A stretch of DNA of 55,004 bases, filler included, from Sphacelaria rigidula (Eukaryota): NCBI GenBank assembly GCA_964200075.2. It is 4 parts of 4 records of this genome, joined end to end, with 100 filler letters (N's around TTAATTAATTAA, not from the genome) between each part and the next. Parts side by side here need not be neighbours in the genome. Positions count along the whole stretch, not along the records: positions 1 to 13,678 come from CAXNAA020002728.1; positions 13,779 to 27,456 come from CAXNAA020002729.1; 2 more parts are not named here. One strand, 5' to 3'. Both the position numbers and the translations under genes were made by a program. Of this stretch, positions 12,778 to 24,286 are shown one piece after another. The stretch's first letter is position 1. Every line of letters starts with the position of its first letter. Below the pieces are notes generated by a model. That model was not told the DNA's origin. It did no database searches and saw only the letters and a program-made list of their open reading frames with translations.

Positions 12778-13678
12778 CTACGCAACACACAGACGCATTG
12801 ATTATACTCACAGTGTTTTTTTGTTCTGTTGTCGCACACGATCTTATACTCAGGGGACCAAGGTGTTGTTACGAGATAGACGTATACACCCAAGTAAAAA
12901 AAAACGAAACTCTAGCTTCAACAAAAAAAGACAGAAGGTGAAGATATACGTTCAAGTATGGAAAAAACAAGCGGAGAAAACTGAAGATTATGATCAAAAA
13001 CCAATTTGTACACAGCAAATTGAACTATTAATAAATAAGCATTTATCAAGATACCACCACAGCAGGAGAAAAAGAAAACAATCACGGATATTTTTTGTCC
13101 AACACCCCCACACCCACCCTTGTATCTCACCTGCAAGCATGCCGTCATTCGTCAGAAACGGACGAGACACGTGGTTTCCGTGCAAGGAGTACAGCCGACA
13201 AATCAAATTATCAAAATATTCATATGTCGGACAGCTCATGAGCTATCGAAGACACTTTTTACGATAGCCCCCCCCCCCCCCCCCCCCCCCAACCACCAAA
13301 ACGACCCCACACCAGATACCAAACCCACCCCAATTTCCGGCTCACNNNNNNNNNNATTCACTATTTGTCCCCCCCCCCCCCCCCCCCCCCAAAAAAAAAC
13401 AGTCGAGAAGTGTCACGAAAGAATTGATCATACAGCGCCTGATGTGTGGGTTCAGGCTGCATGAAGCGCCTCACTCGGGTGACATTGGCGAAAACGAACC
13501 CAAGCGTGGAAATCCCCCCTACTGCTTGTGCTCGGCTCTTCCCATTTCGATATACGTCGAAATTTCACCTTCTCAAACCAGGCACTTGCGGGGGGGGGCG
13601 TACTCATATGTTGCTTGCCTTAGTCGTTTGACCATTGACCACGCATCCCTTTCGAGACGGAGCGGCACTTGCGCGCGG

Positions 13679-13778
13679 NNNNNNNNNNNNNNNNNNNNNN
13701 NNNNNNNNNNNNNNNNNNNNNNTTAATTAATTAANNNNNNNNNNNNNNNNNNNNNNNNNNNNNNNNNNNNNNNNNNNN
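13679..13778. other. Artificial scaffold linker
   Basis: 44 N + TTAATTAATTAA (stop codons in all six frames) + 44 N. Confidence 0.98.
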
Positions 13779-14290
13779 GGGGCTTACTGCCAGGAAGTCT
13801 CACGCGATTAAACCCCCCCCCCCAAAAAAAACAAATTGACACATTTTTCCCCTTGGAAAGGAGCAAAAAACGGCCATTTTGGGGCCGACTACTATTTTGC
13901 AGCCGTTCGGCGGCATGGTTCAAGCACGAGCTGCAAATGTTTAAACACATTTTCTTGACAAAAAAAACATCATAGAGTTTATAACAAAAAAAAAACGCTC
14001 GGACATCGTTAAGGGCCCGTACAAAATTAGGTACCATTACTTACGGGACAGAGGAAGTATATACAAGGGTTCGTCAAGCTTAATGGATCGAGTTCCAACA
14101 TACAGGAGAACAGGCGGTAGTATGCATCATGATCTTATTACAATACAGTACATCACTACAGTACACTGTTGACGAATAACGCCTCCAACGATTATCGTAC
14201 TACGTAGTGTTTAAATGGTGAGACGCCCATGAGAAAGAGTGGAACCCGCGGCTGTCTCTGGACGTGGCGATACCAGAAGATGAAGCAACG

Positions 14291-14514
14291 CATTGTAGGC
14301 TGTCATCCAAATGCAAGATAATCAGTGTGCTTCTGGCCGAACACTCTTAGTATGATGCAGCTCACCCATCATGCGATTTACCGAACACATCACGGCGCTT
14401 CGCGCTTAGTGATTGATGGCGAGCCTGGTCCGGGGAAAACCCAGCGTGCTCCGCCCTGGCTTTGTTGGGATGCGAGGTCAATGGTCATATCACTACGGCA
14501 TGCAAGATCATGAG
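14291..14514 (-). repeat. Interspersed repeat family A copy
   Basis: The reverse complement aligns to 8679-8894, and the forward sequence aligns to 16358-16590. Confidence 0.9.
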
Positions 14515-14515
14515 A

Positions 14516-14534
14516 ACACACACGCGCGTGCGCG

Positions 14535-14583
<49 letters not shown>
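14516..14583. repeat. (CG)n/(CA)n alternating microsatellite abutting the GT2 exon 3 donor
   Basis: Read directly. Another (GT)n tract lies at 9301-9338. Confidence 0.95.
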
Positions 14584-14585
<2 letters not shown>

Positions 14586-17500
14586 GATGGGAACATGTGT
14601 TGTGAGGGAAGCCACGGCATCCATCGTGTCGTCGCTGCAGCCGGCATCGACCACCACAATCTCCACGAGGGATTTATCCTGTTCTCAAAACAGTGCGTAC
14701 GTTGCAGTGATGCACCGGCGATGCGGCCCATGTTGACAGCGGCGAGGAAAATGACAAACACCCGTTAGAAGGCGGGAGTGCAGATCCAATGCCGCTAGGC
14801 CACAATGACAGGTTGGCCTCTTGAGACAACGGATTCGTCTCGAGCAAGGGATGGGATTGAAACTGCAGCAGAAACGAAAGGAGCAGAGGAGCGCTACAGC
14901 TGTGGAAATGAAACAGTGATGGCAGCCGCTGATTGGCCGACGCAACTATAAATTTTCTCGTATGAGTTGATCCGTCAGGACTCGAGCCGTGGCCACAGGA
15001 TAAATCTCGTCCTTCCCCCAAAGTGCAACGGGGGAAATAAATACCCGGAGTGATTGTACCTCTTGATACAAGCCGCGGTCCTAACAGCTGCTAGGGAGCT
15101 CGCGTCTGTACTGAGATCCGCAGCTCGTTTAACTAGGTACTACCTCCCCAAGCACTCTTTTATCTTGGGATGGTTACTTGGGAGCAAGAAAATGATATCG
15201 AAGCGGAATCCACACCGGTGCAGCTTCAGCTTCTTGTCTGTAGTAAACGATCTAGCTACCGTACTGTAGCGGGTGCACGGGCGCCCTTGCTCGCCTTGAG
15301 TTTGCTTTACCGCGAGGTCGAGATATCGCTAGACCACTACCTGCCCCGAACACTCTGTATCTTCGGATCGTTACTTGGGAGCAACGTTCCGAGCCGCCAA
15401 CGTGTACCGAAAACATCTAAAATGAAAAATGACACCAAGTAAATGACTGGAGTATGATCACCCGAGCACTCGAGGGGATTGAACGTGCATTAAATGGCAA
15501 CCCGCTGAGTAGTGCGACTGCCGCAGGGCCTTCGGTGTACGTTGGATTTTCTTGTTTCGTGTGTACAACTAAAAAAAGAGCGTTCAGCGATGGGGTTTGT
15601 TCTGTCCGAAGATTGTGACCAAAATAGGCGTGTGGGGTATCTTTGGATTACAGCTCTACCAAACAAATATGCGAGTTATTTGCACGAGAACAAAAAATAT
15701 TATATGAACTAATTCGAGTGATCCCATGATGGAGAGGGGCGTCGATGCAGGTCGGAAAAGTGACTCAAAAGCTTTCCCGAGCAATAAAATACATGCACTC
15801 GATCAATCATCCCACTTGACAAACGTTTCCTCTAACACACATAAACGAATAAAGAATGCGTGAGGTTGTGCAGCACACGAGCGGATCCTTCTATAACAGC
15901 TAATCATCGAAATTGAGGATGGAGCTTTTCATTGTAAACGGGAACCCGGAGAAATGAAATCTTCGTATCCACATCAGATCTTCGAAATATGGTTCAATTC
16001 CTTCAGCTACTGGTAGCTATTGACAACTACCAAACGCCTTGCGAATTTGAATTTCGATAACCGAAATATTGGGGTCCTAAGTGGAAGGCCAACTTCGGGG
16101 AATTTCGGCGATCTGATCGGATCACCTAGATTCCCCAAATCAATTTCTTCACCTAGGACCCCAACACGTCGGTTATCATAATCCAAATTTGCATGGTGTG
16201 TGGTAGCTGTCAATAGCTACCAGTAGGTGAAGGAACGGAACCATATTTCGAAGATTTGGTGTGGATATGAAGATTTTAATTCTCCGGGTTCTCATCCTCA
16301 ATGAAAAGCACCATCCTCAATTTCAATGATCGGCTGTTCTATCTCGTTAAAATCCAACAACTCATTGTAGGCTGTCATCCATATGCAAGATAACGAGTAC
16401 CTTCCTGGCCGAACAATCTTAGCAGGATGCAGCTCACCCTTCATGCGACTCGCCGAACACATTACGGCGCTTCGCGCTCGGTGATTGATTGCGAGCCTGT
16501 GCCGGGGAAAACCCGGCGTGCTCCGTCCCGGCTTTGTAGGGATGCGAGGTCAATGGTCTCAGCACTACGGCATGCGAGATCATGAGTATACTCTCGAGCG
16601 ATCCTGACCCTCTAGAGTATTTCTTTTTCTGGAATGCTCTCGAGGTACAAGACTTGTGGCAAGTAACTTCAGAGGAATATTTGCACTGAATTTACATCGA
16701 GGTTCAAGGGGGCGGTGTCACTTCAGCACACGCTTGCAACTTGAAATACCCGTCGATTTTCAGCCGTTCGAGTGTCGATCCAGGATCTTCCTCGAGAACT
16801 TGGGAACCGTCTGTGCTATTCTTGCGTTCATTGACCCGTCGGCACGAGAGAGAGCCATTCTGGCTGCTTGGTCTGTTTAGTTCGTGAGGAAAGCTGTACT
16901 TTAGTTCGTGTATTACCACGAGATTTTACAGTGTTTCAGTTGTGCTTTTCTTGGGTACGTATATTATGCGATCACGGCTGGACCCCTGGGGGTCGGTTAA
17001 AGTGCGACAATCAATCGAATCGATCAGTTTACAGCGACTGTTCGTTTAGGCATGTTCTTTGTGACATCCGACGATCGCCGAAAAACTCAACACTTGTTGT
17101 TAACACTTTTGACCGGTCTCAACCACGGTGAGTGCAGTATACCATACATTGCCGCGCCCCAAACTGTCTCCCCGCTACATCGTCGGGCAGTTTGAACAGA
17201 TTGCAGGAGTTCGCATCACGGCAGTACTGCCTTATTTATTGGTTTCCGTCGTGTGAAGGGCGAGAGCGGGTGCCGACAAAACAGTGACGAGAGTCGACGG
17301 ACGGCGGGAGTGCTGACAGTCATCATGCAATTCTCGATACCAGAATCATCAGGCAGGTACCGGGGGAGAGATAGGTGAGGTCGATATCTTGAGACTACGG
17401 CCTCGTCCCGAGGGAAGGTGTAGTCGCGTGGGGGAGAGGGGGGGGTGTTGACTAAAGTGAATTGACAAAAAAAAAAAACATGAATGATTGGTTGAAAGTA

Positions 17501-20500
17501 CGGTACCTGCGCGAGCTCATCTATCGTGGTGAGGGTGAGCTTTATCCCGTCGCCTTCGTTGTAGGCAGGGACGACAACCGTAACCAGACCGCTTCCCAAG
17601 TGGCTCTCGGTAGCTGGCGTGAGGGTTGGCACGTGCTTCTTCTCCGCTCGGAATGTCCTGCTGGCAATTATACAGTTGTGCCTTAGAATCCAGGGTAAAC
17701 AAAACAAAATGCTGCTGTGTAATCGGTCCGCTCGGCACGGTGGTTCTCTAATACTAGTACATCTCTCACGAGACCTCGAGCAGCAACCCCAAAAAATATA
17801 CCGTAGTTGCGCGAGTCATCGCACCCCTGTGCGATGACTCCGACATTGGTGCTACCTTCGAGCGTGAGATTGCATCCTGCGGCGTGTGGCTCCAGGATAG
17901 AAAATCTGCCACAATCCGTTTATCTCGCGGTTGCAACCGGGGCTCATCGCATTTGTAACAGGTGCAAACATATAAATGAGTTATTTATTTTAAACGGCTA
18001 CTGCACTCAAAAAAAAAAAGGACCATACTACCGGACATTCACGATGCGGTGCTAACCTACCGTACCTCATGCTACCGAGCGACAGCCTACAACTTAATAC
18101 CTACCGACACCGACCGCAGTTTCCTCCTCTCTTCGCACACAACACCACAGACAGGTTTCCCTTAGACTTACACACAGGTAGTGTAGTGCCTATCAGTGTC
18201 TCCGCTAGGGGTTTGTTATGTATCGCACATGGTGGAGTTATCGTACAGGGATGAGCTTCAAAAGGTGCGCCACCAGTACAGCAGTGGGGTGTGTGGTTTG
18301 CACCGTATCGCACATGTCGGGGTCACCGCACAGGGGGTGTGCGTTCACACCACAGCATGGCAGAGTGTTTGATTTTGTCCGAATCGCACATGTCGGAGTC
18401 ACCGCACAGGGGTGTGCGTTCACAACACAGCATGGCAGGGTGTTTGATTTGTTCAGAATCGCACATGTCGGAATTATCGCACAGGGGTCTGCGTCAGAAT
18501 GGGAAATCAAATCATTTGATTCATTTCCCGCACAAGGGTCGGAGTCATCGCACATGTCGGAGTCATCGCACCCCTGTGGGATAAAAATCAAAGTTAGGAA
18601 TCATTCAAAAATCGACCACACAGGGGTGCGATGACTCGCACAATTACGGTACTTCTGCTACACAGAGCAAACAGTTCAGCGAGCCGCAAAAATGGTGGGG
18701 GATAGGACATTTCTTTAGAACGGGACAGTCGGTCCTTCGTTTGCCGGGAAGTGTAGAGAAGTCGTCCCATTAGCCTTACCGTAGGTAGCCACAGAAACAC
18801 AATAGTCAGCTACTCGGGAGTGCTGTCTACATCTACGACTGAATACTTGTTATTTTCCACAGCAAGCGGTCACAACAACGCCTCGTCAGGTGTGTAGTGT
18901 CCAGTAGGATTGTACATCGGGACCGAAACTATTGATATATCGAACCTGAAATATATATCGTATGGGAACCGTAGTTGGCACAGAAGTCCTTAATTTGCCA
19001 TTACCGGCTACAAAGCATGACATGCGGGTCATCATCCACCCCCAAGTACTCGTGCAGACTTGGCGGCTCAGAGCTCCTGCCCAAACGGTGCGGGCTCCAG
19101 ATAGCTGATACGTAACCTGGTTCCACGACCTTGCTCCTCGTACAGCCTCCTTACCCGAAGCCGTAGGACAACCAGTCACTCACGATCAGACGTACATGGT
19201 CGCGGCTCAGGATTCGCCCCCGACTGGCACCTCAAGGCATAACCACAAGCATTTTCGCGGTATATCCGTGCCTCGGCTGTGACGATCTACCCATGCATGC
19301 AATATCATCAACTTCTGTCAACACATAACCCCAGTTTTCAGCGTGGATCGCTGAAATGCGGGTTATTAGGGGGAAGCGGGCACATCCCAATTGCAAGTTA
19401 TCCCGAGCGGTCGGCGCGAACCGATGGAAACCTACCTTGCGCCTTGCAACTAGCACGAATATCCAGGGGGTGCAGAGACTACAGTTATGGCTAAGACTAC
19501 ACGATGCTCTTGTGTTTCACCAGTTGGTGGTCGACCTTGGCTTCGGAATGAACAGATTGAGCTTCGGGGTGTTCTAGGCCAACGTTCATCCGCGTTGAGT
19601 CCTGTAGGCTGACACATGCCCAAGAGCTGTGGGGATTTAGACCTATGACTATGATCACACGTTTTTCCTTGTTCTGGGGTTGAATGTGATCGACGGTGGC
19701 CTGGAAAAGCTCTGCATACGCCTTAGGGGAAGACCCAACCCGCTTTGAGGCGAAAAGGGCCAATTTCGCACGTTTCAGGGAAAACGCTCGTGCGAAAATG
19801 TGAAAAAGACCTTCCTCAACTGAAGAAAAGTACATTCATGAGGCCGTTTCTTATGGCGAACAACGAAAAAATCCCGTGAAACTGCGTTTTTGGTCCTTCT
19901 GCGACATTTTACGCCCTAGAACAGGGCTAGGCGGATGTTGACACCTTGTAACGCCTTGCTATACTCGTTGAAACGGCTCCAGGAAGCCTTTGCGTTTTTT
20001 GGTGGCCGCAGTATCTTTTTTGGCCAATCGCATTTTTGTACAAGGACGGTCGAGAACGGTCAAGTTCACAAGCATTTTTTTCTCGACTTCACCGTTCTTG
20101 GTAAAAAATGCAAGTTTGGCCAGAAAAAAACTGCGACCACCGGAAAACGCAGAGTTGTCCTGGAATCGCCTGAATGGATAGAGTATGGCAAGACATTACA
20201 TTTCAACGTGTCAACATCCATCTAGCCCCCTCTAGAGCGTAAAACGATGCAGAAGGATCAAAGAGGCAGTTTTACAGGGTTTTTTGGGGGGTCTGCTGTA
20301 AGAGGCGGCCTGAGAGATGACCTCAACGACGGAACCCAGGGTCTTCTAAAGAAGAAAAATCTATCGGGATTCGAACCTTCCTCCCTAACCGACGTCACCT
20401 GTACGGGTTATACCACGGGGATGCAGCGGTGTTGCACAAAGAGTGCGAGGCATGGCCATATTTCAAGACTTTCAAGGCGAAAATTATCAAGGACCTTTTA

Positions 20501-23500
20501 CACCCACGATAAAAATTCTTCGCGGGAGATGCCCAAGTGTATCTTCTTTTTCTAGCTGGACACTTTCTTGTGTTCTCAGAAACTTTAACCCTTTTGGGAC
20601 CTACTGACGATTTTTTTCGTTGTTGGGAATCGGCATCATTTCGGCCTGAAAATGACTTGACAATGACGCCGACTCACAAGAACAAAAATTGTAAATGGGT
20701 TCCAAAAGGGTTGAATCGCTCTGACTTGCTGTGTGTTTCTTTCCCCCACAACTTTCGTGTCTTTCTGCGTATTAATGACATGAATCTAGAGGCAAATATT
20801 CGGCTCCCAACTCCCAAAATTGAGGCCGCTTTATATGGACAGAAAAAAAAAAATCTCTCTGAGAACCGAAAAATTATCTCTGAGAACTCCCCTTTGGAAC
20901 CTTTCATCACGGATTATTGGCGAAATACGGGCCTTGGCGGATTTGGCCTCCTCGGAAAGGTTTGCTATATTTTTCACGAGGATTCTAGCGCACTTTTCCG
21001 ATTTTTTGTACGCCCCGTTTTACTTTCGACCGGTTCCTGATTTTTTTCAGCTGCCCCCCAAATTGTCCAGTTATCGGAAAAAATACGTACTTTTCCCCGA
21101 CAACTCGAAGTTTATGGGGCAACTGAAAAAATCCGGAATCCGGCCAAAAGTAAAACTGGGCTTACGAAAAATCGGACAAGCACGCTGGAATCCTCGTGAA
21201 AACTATAGCAAATCTTCCCGAGGAGGCCGAATCCACCAAGGCCCGTATTCCGCCAATAATCCGTGATGACAGGTTCAAAAGGGCAGTTCTCAGAGAGAGT
21301 TTTCTTCAGTCTATACGAAGCGGCCTAAGCCCGTGCAAAACTGCTCAGATATCGAACGACTCAACTCGCCTTAGCTCGAGTTAGCTGATTTTTGTAGAAC
21401 TCGGAGCTGAGTTGTAGGGTATAATTCGACGGAACCTATTTACACTGGCTGAGTCATACGCTATAACCCGGCGGTTACCTGTTTCCACCGGTTGAGTTAT
21501 ACGGTATACCTCGGTGGTATCTTTTTTCACTGGCAGAGTCATCTGATATGACTCAGCGGTACCTTTTAATACTGGATTAGTTACATGGTATGACTCCACG
21601 GTACCAATTTTCACAGGATGAGTTATATGGTATAGCTCAGCGGTGCCTACTTCCACTGGCTGAGGTATACGGTATGACTGAGCGGTGCCTATTTCCACTG
21701 ACTGAGTTATACCGTATAACTTAGCGGTACCTATTTCAGATGGATGAGTTACATATTACAGCCGAACGGTACCTACTTGCGCTGGATGACTTATATGGTA
21801 TAGCTCAACGGCACCTATTTCCACCGGAAGAGTTACTCGGTACGGTGTAACCTGCTGTACCTCTTTTTCCGCTGGATGAGTTACATTACATACCTGAGTT
21901 TACCCTTGGACCGCGAGAGGTAGTCCATCTGGATCATGCACACTTTTTTCAAGTAAAATTGATGCCGATTCACAGATGACCTCTCTCGCTGTGTAAGGGT
22001 TAACTCAGCAGATATCCGACTTGTGAAACCGTCTGTTCAACCCCAAAGAATTACCCTTGGCTGGCCCGGCTCGTACAGACGAATATATGTTGCCCTAGGT
22101 AACGGGGTCCTACGGTGGAAAGAACAAAGAGCTCAGGGGGGTAGAGCCAACGGTCACTGCAGACCACCTAGACTCACGGCCAATCCTTGCTCTCAATATC
22201 AAGAGAAAATATACACCTTTCTTTCGGCATTTTTCTGTGACAGGGCTATGATTGCGACCTTCTTCAGGAGGCCGGAGATCGCCTTCTTCAGCCGCTGGAC
22301 GTAGTCACACCATACGATACTAGTATGTACCACATTGTAGTGTAAACAGCGGATTCTCAAAAATGGGGTTGAACACAAAAATGAGGCTCAACTCAGGAGC
22401 AGTGCCTTCCCTGACCTAAAGTCATGACAAATGACTCTCATATGGACGACCACATCCCTCCCGACTTCCCTGAAACTATTCCTAGCCTTCCATTCCCCCA
22501 ACGGGTATGTGCGAAAGCACATTTTTGCCGCGTTTCGGGGTGAAAAAAGGGACGCTTTTTGATCCAGAAATCGTGCTTTCGCACATACCCTTTGAGGGAA
22601 CGGAAGGCTAGAAATCCTCCAGAATGGTTTTAGGGATGTGAGAGCGATGAGATCGTCATATGAAAGTCATTCGTTATGAACTTAGATCAGGGAAAGCACT
22701 GCTTTCAAGTTGAAACCTCATTTTGTGTTCAACCTTTTGAGAATCTGCTGTTTGTACGTGTACTCAAACTGTGTCATGATCCGAGCCCTATACCCAAACC
22801 AAACCCAAGTCACGCCGAGAACCCTCAGATTACCGGGCGGTATAGAGTGCCCCGGGCAAATTGTGCCCTGGCACACCTCAAAGCGGCGCGACAACCGAAG
22901 CGCTGGTAGCGCGTATGCTGGGCGAGCGCTCGAGACTCTGTCTCATAAAGATCCGACCACGACGGTCCACACTAAACCAAAGTGCGGTTCAACCAAGGAT
23001 TCGCGTCGCCAGGATCGCGAGGACCCTACAGGGGGTTCGTATAGAACTCACAGCCTCTCGCGGGTCATGCAAATGTGGTGTGGGGATAACGCAGGTCTCG
23101 CGATTGTGCACCCCGTAGTCTCAGAGAACACATAGCCTGTGGCCGATGGTTTACATGTGGGATGAGGATGCAGCAGGCCTTGCGATTGCGCATCCGTTGA
23201 TAGATTGGATCACAACGTGCGTGACGTGTTGCGCTACGGTACGGAACTGACACAACCAAAAGTGTCCATTCGTTTTGTAGGGATTTCCAACTCGGAATGA
23301 CGCCCAAGATACATGAAATATAACTGGACACTCTTCACTCCGAGCGCTCTGCTATTGGACGATGCTGACCCGAGCGCACCGCGATGGCCCCTGTTTTGTA
23401 TGCGCTTACCAAGTGGTCGTAAACGCTTCTGGTTGTCCGTCCTCCGCAACCATGAACTTTTGTAGCTATTGAGGCATCTTACTGTATCAAGGGATCGGGC

Positions 23501-24092
23501 GGAAGGGATCCGAAAGGGTTAAGTTACGAGTACTCGTGCCCCAACGCTCGTTTGAGCAATCTCATTTTTTGTGCCATTCTTCGTGTCGTATCTTTTGTCT
23601 TTTACCCCCCCAAACGGCTGAGTTCATGAGTCAATAGTATTCATTTTTGTATACAAAGGAGCACGAACGAGTTGAGCGCGTCGCAAAGATCCAAATTCTG
23701 GGAGTGCTCCATCAAGTACCGTCCACCGCACCGAGGTGATAAACAGGAGGGTAGCCAACAGAGGCAGTTCATGCTGACGGCTGTACATGCGTTAGATCCA
23801 ACAACGATGAATGCTCAGTGACCTTATCTAAAGCTCGGCCCTCGGAGCTCGGGCGACACCCTCATTCATCGGTACATCTTACATCTTTCATCGCTGTCAT
23901 TTATTACGTGGTGGTACGCACACACGAAATCCCTGTGACGCTGAAACACCGTAGAGAAGAGGCCAACGCACTGTACCTGTAGAGCACCCAAGCGAACGGT
24001 AGAAGCACCGCACTTACAGTTACCGACACCATCACAGACCGACAGCGCTGCACGCCCGCAAACCAGAACTGGATCGGCTGGCAGATCAACAT
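14584..24092 (-). CDS. Glycosyltransferase family 2 protein with N-terminal membrane anchor, 5' part. Exons 24092-23977, 17657-17507, 14678-14584; remainder beyond the scaffold end
   Basis: The start context is cccaccATG. Exon 1 encodes the hydrophobic stretch VMVSVTVSAVLLPFAWVLY and ends AG|gt (phase 2), matching ag|G of exon 2. Exon 2 has LVTVVVPAYNEG and exon 3 has VEIVVVDAGCSDDT, the two N-terminal GT2 motifs in the correct order. All splice sites are GT/AG. The link to exon 1 is inferred from phase. Confidence 0.85.
15892..16341. mobile_element. ~450 bp palindromic MITE, same family as 45311-45762
   Basis: Arms of ~200 bp are reverse complementary (aaatcttcgtatccacatcagatcttcgaaatatggttc / gaaccatatttcgaagatttggtgtggatatgaagattt). 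A homologous copy lies on scaffold 4. Confidence 0.9.
16358..16590 (-). repeat. Interspersed repeat family A copy
   Basis: The reverse complement aligns to 8679-8894. Confidence 0.9.
17801..18649. mobile_element. Non-autonomous Tc1/mariner-superfamily (Tc2/pogo-like) element
   Basis: TA|ccgtagttgcgcgagtcatcgcacccctgtg ... cacaggggtgcgatgactcgcacaattacgg|TA. Internal ~75-bp tandem units start at 18307, 18383 and 18458. Confidence 0.85.
19842..20310. mobile_element. PIF/Harbinger (Tourist-like) palindromic MITE
   Basis: TGA|ggccgtttctta ... taagaggcggcc|TGA gives a perfect 3-bp TSD. The arms are complementary almost to the centre. Confidence 0.85.
20824..21325. mobile_element. PIF/Harbinger (Tourist-like) palindromic MITE
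   Basis: TGA|ggccgctttatatggac ... gtctatacgaagcggcc|TAA. The element is a ~500-bp imperfect palindrome centred on tacgta near 21087. Confidence 0.85.
21407..21890. repeat. 42-bp tandem minisatellite, about 11-12 diverged units
   Basis: Consensus is approximately ctgagttatacggtataactcagcggtacctatttccactgg. Units start at 21407, 21449 and onward. Confidence 0.92.
21903..21999. mobile_element. piggyBac-type ~100 bp MITE
   Basis: ttta|cccttggaccgcgag..aaggg|ttaa, with the internal sequence shared by five other copies. Confidence 0.85.
22344..22753. mobile_element. ~410 bp palindromic foldback element
   Basis: aaacagcggattctcaaaa pairs with ttttgagaatctgctgttt. Inner gggtatgtgcgaaagcac pairs with gtgctttcgcacataccc. 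Confidence 0.85.
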
Positions 24093-24286
24093 GGTGGGTT
24101 ACGTATGCATTTGTTGTTCTTCTACGCGACATTTGGTTAAAGTACCAATCAGTTCCCGCGATCACACGAACACATGATTGACCGCCTTGAGGCAAGAACG
24201 TGACGACGACAAGGGCAACAACAACAACAACAACAACGACGACGGTAGACTCAGCAGCGATCTATCGCGTGCACTGTGCTTTCTTC
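24093..24286. promoter_or_regulatory. Putative bidirectional promoter and 5' UTR region between two divergent start codons
   Basis: Only 194 bp separate the GT2 ATG (24092, minus) from the coiled-coil gene ATG (24287, plus). The interval contains a (CAA)n/(CGA)n tract and no TE. Confidence 0.55.

Noticed and set aside
13723..13734. Recurring TTAATTAATTAA as a biological motif
   Set aside because: It is always centred in 44N+44N, so it is an assembly linker.
19432..19601. Extra exon in GT2 intron 1 (ctacag| ... |gtagg)
   Set aside because: It has stops in all three frames, and exons 1 and 2 already join in phase.
20340..20430. tRNA gene
   Set aside because: Only box-like motifs are present, with no complete cloverleaf. 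The segment is part of a repeat.
21407..21890. CRISPR-like array
   Set aside because: The units are similar along their whole length, with no unique spacers. There are no cas genes and the context is eukaryotic.
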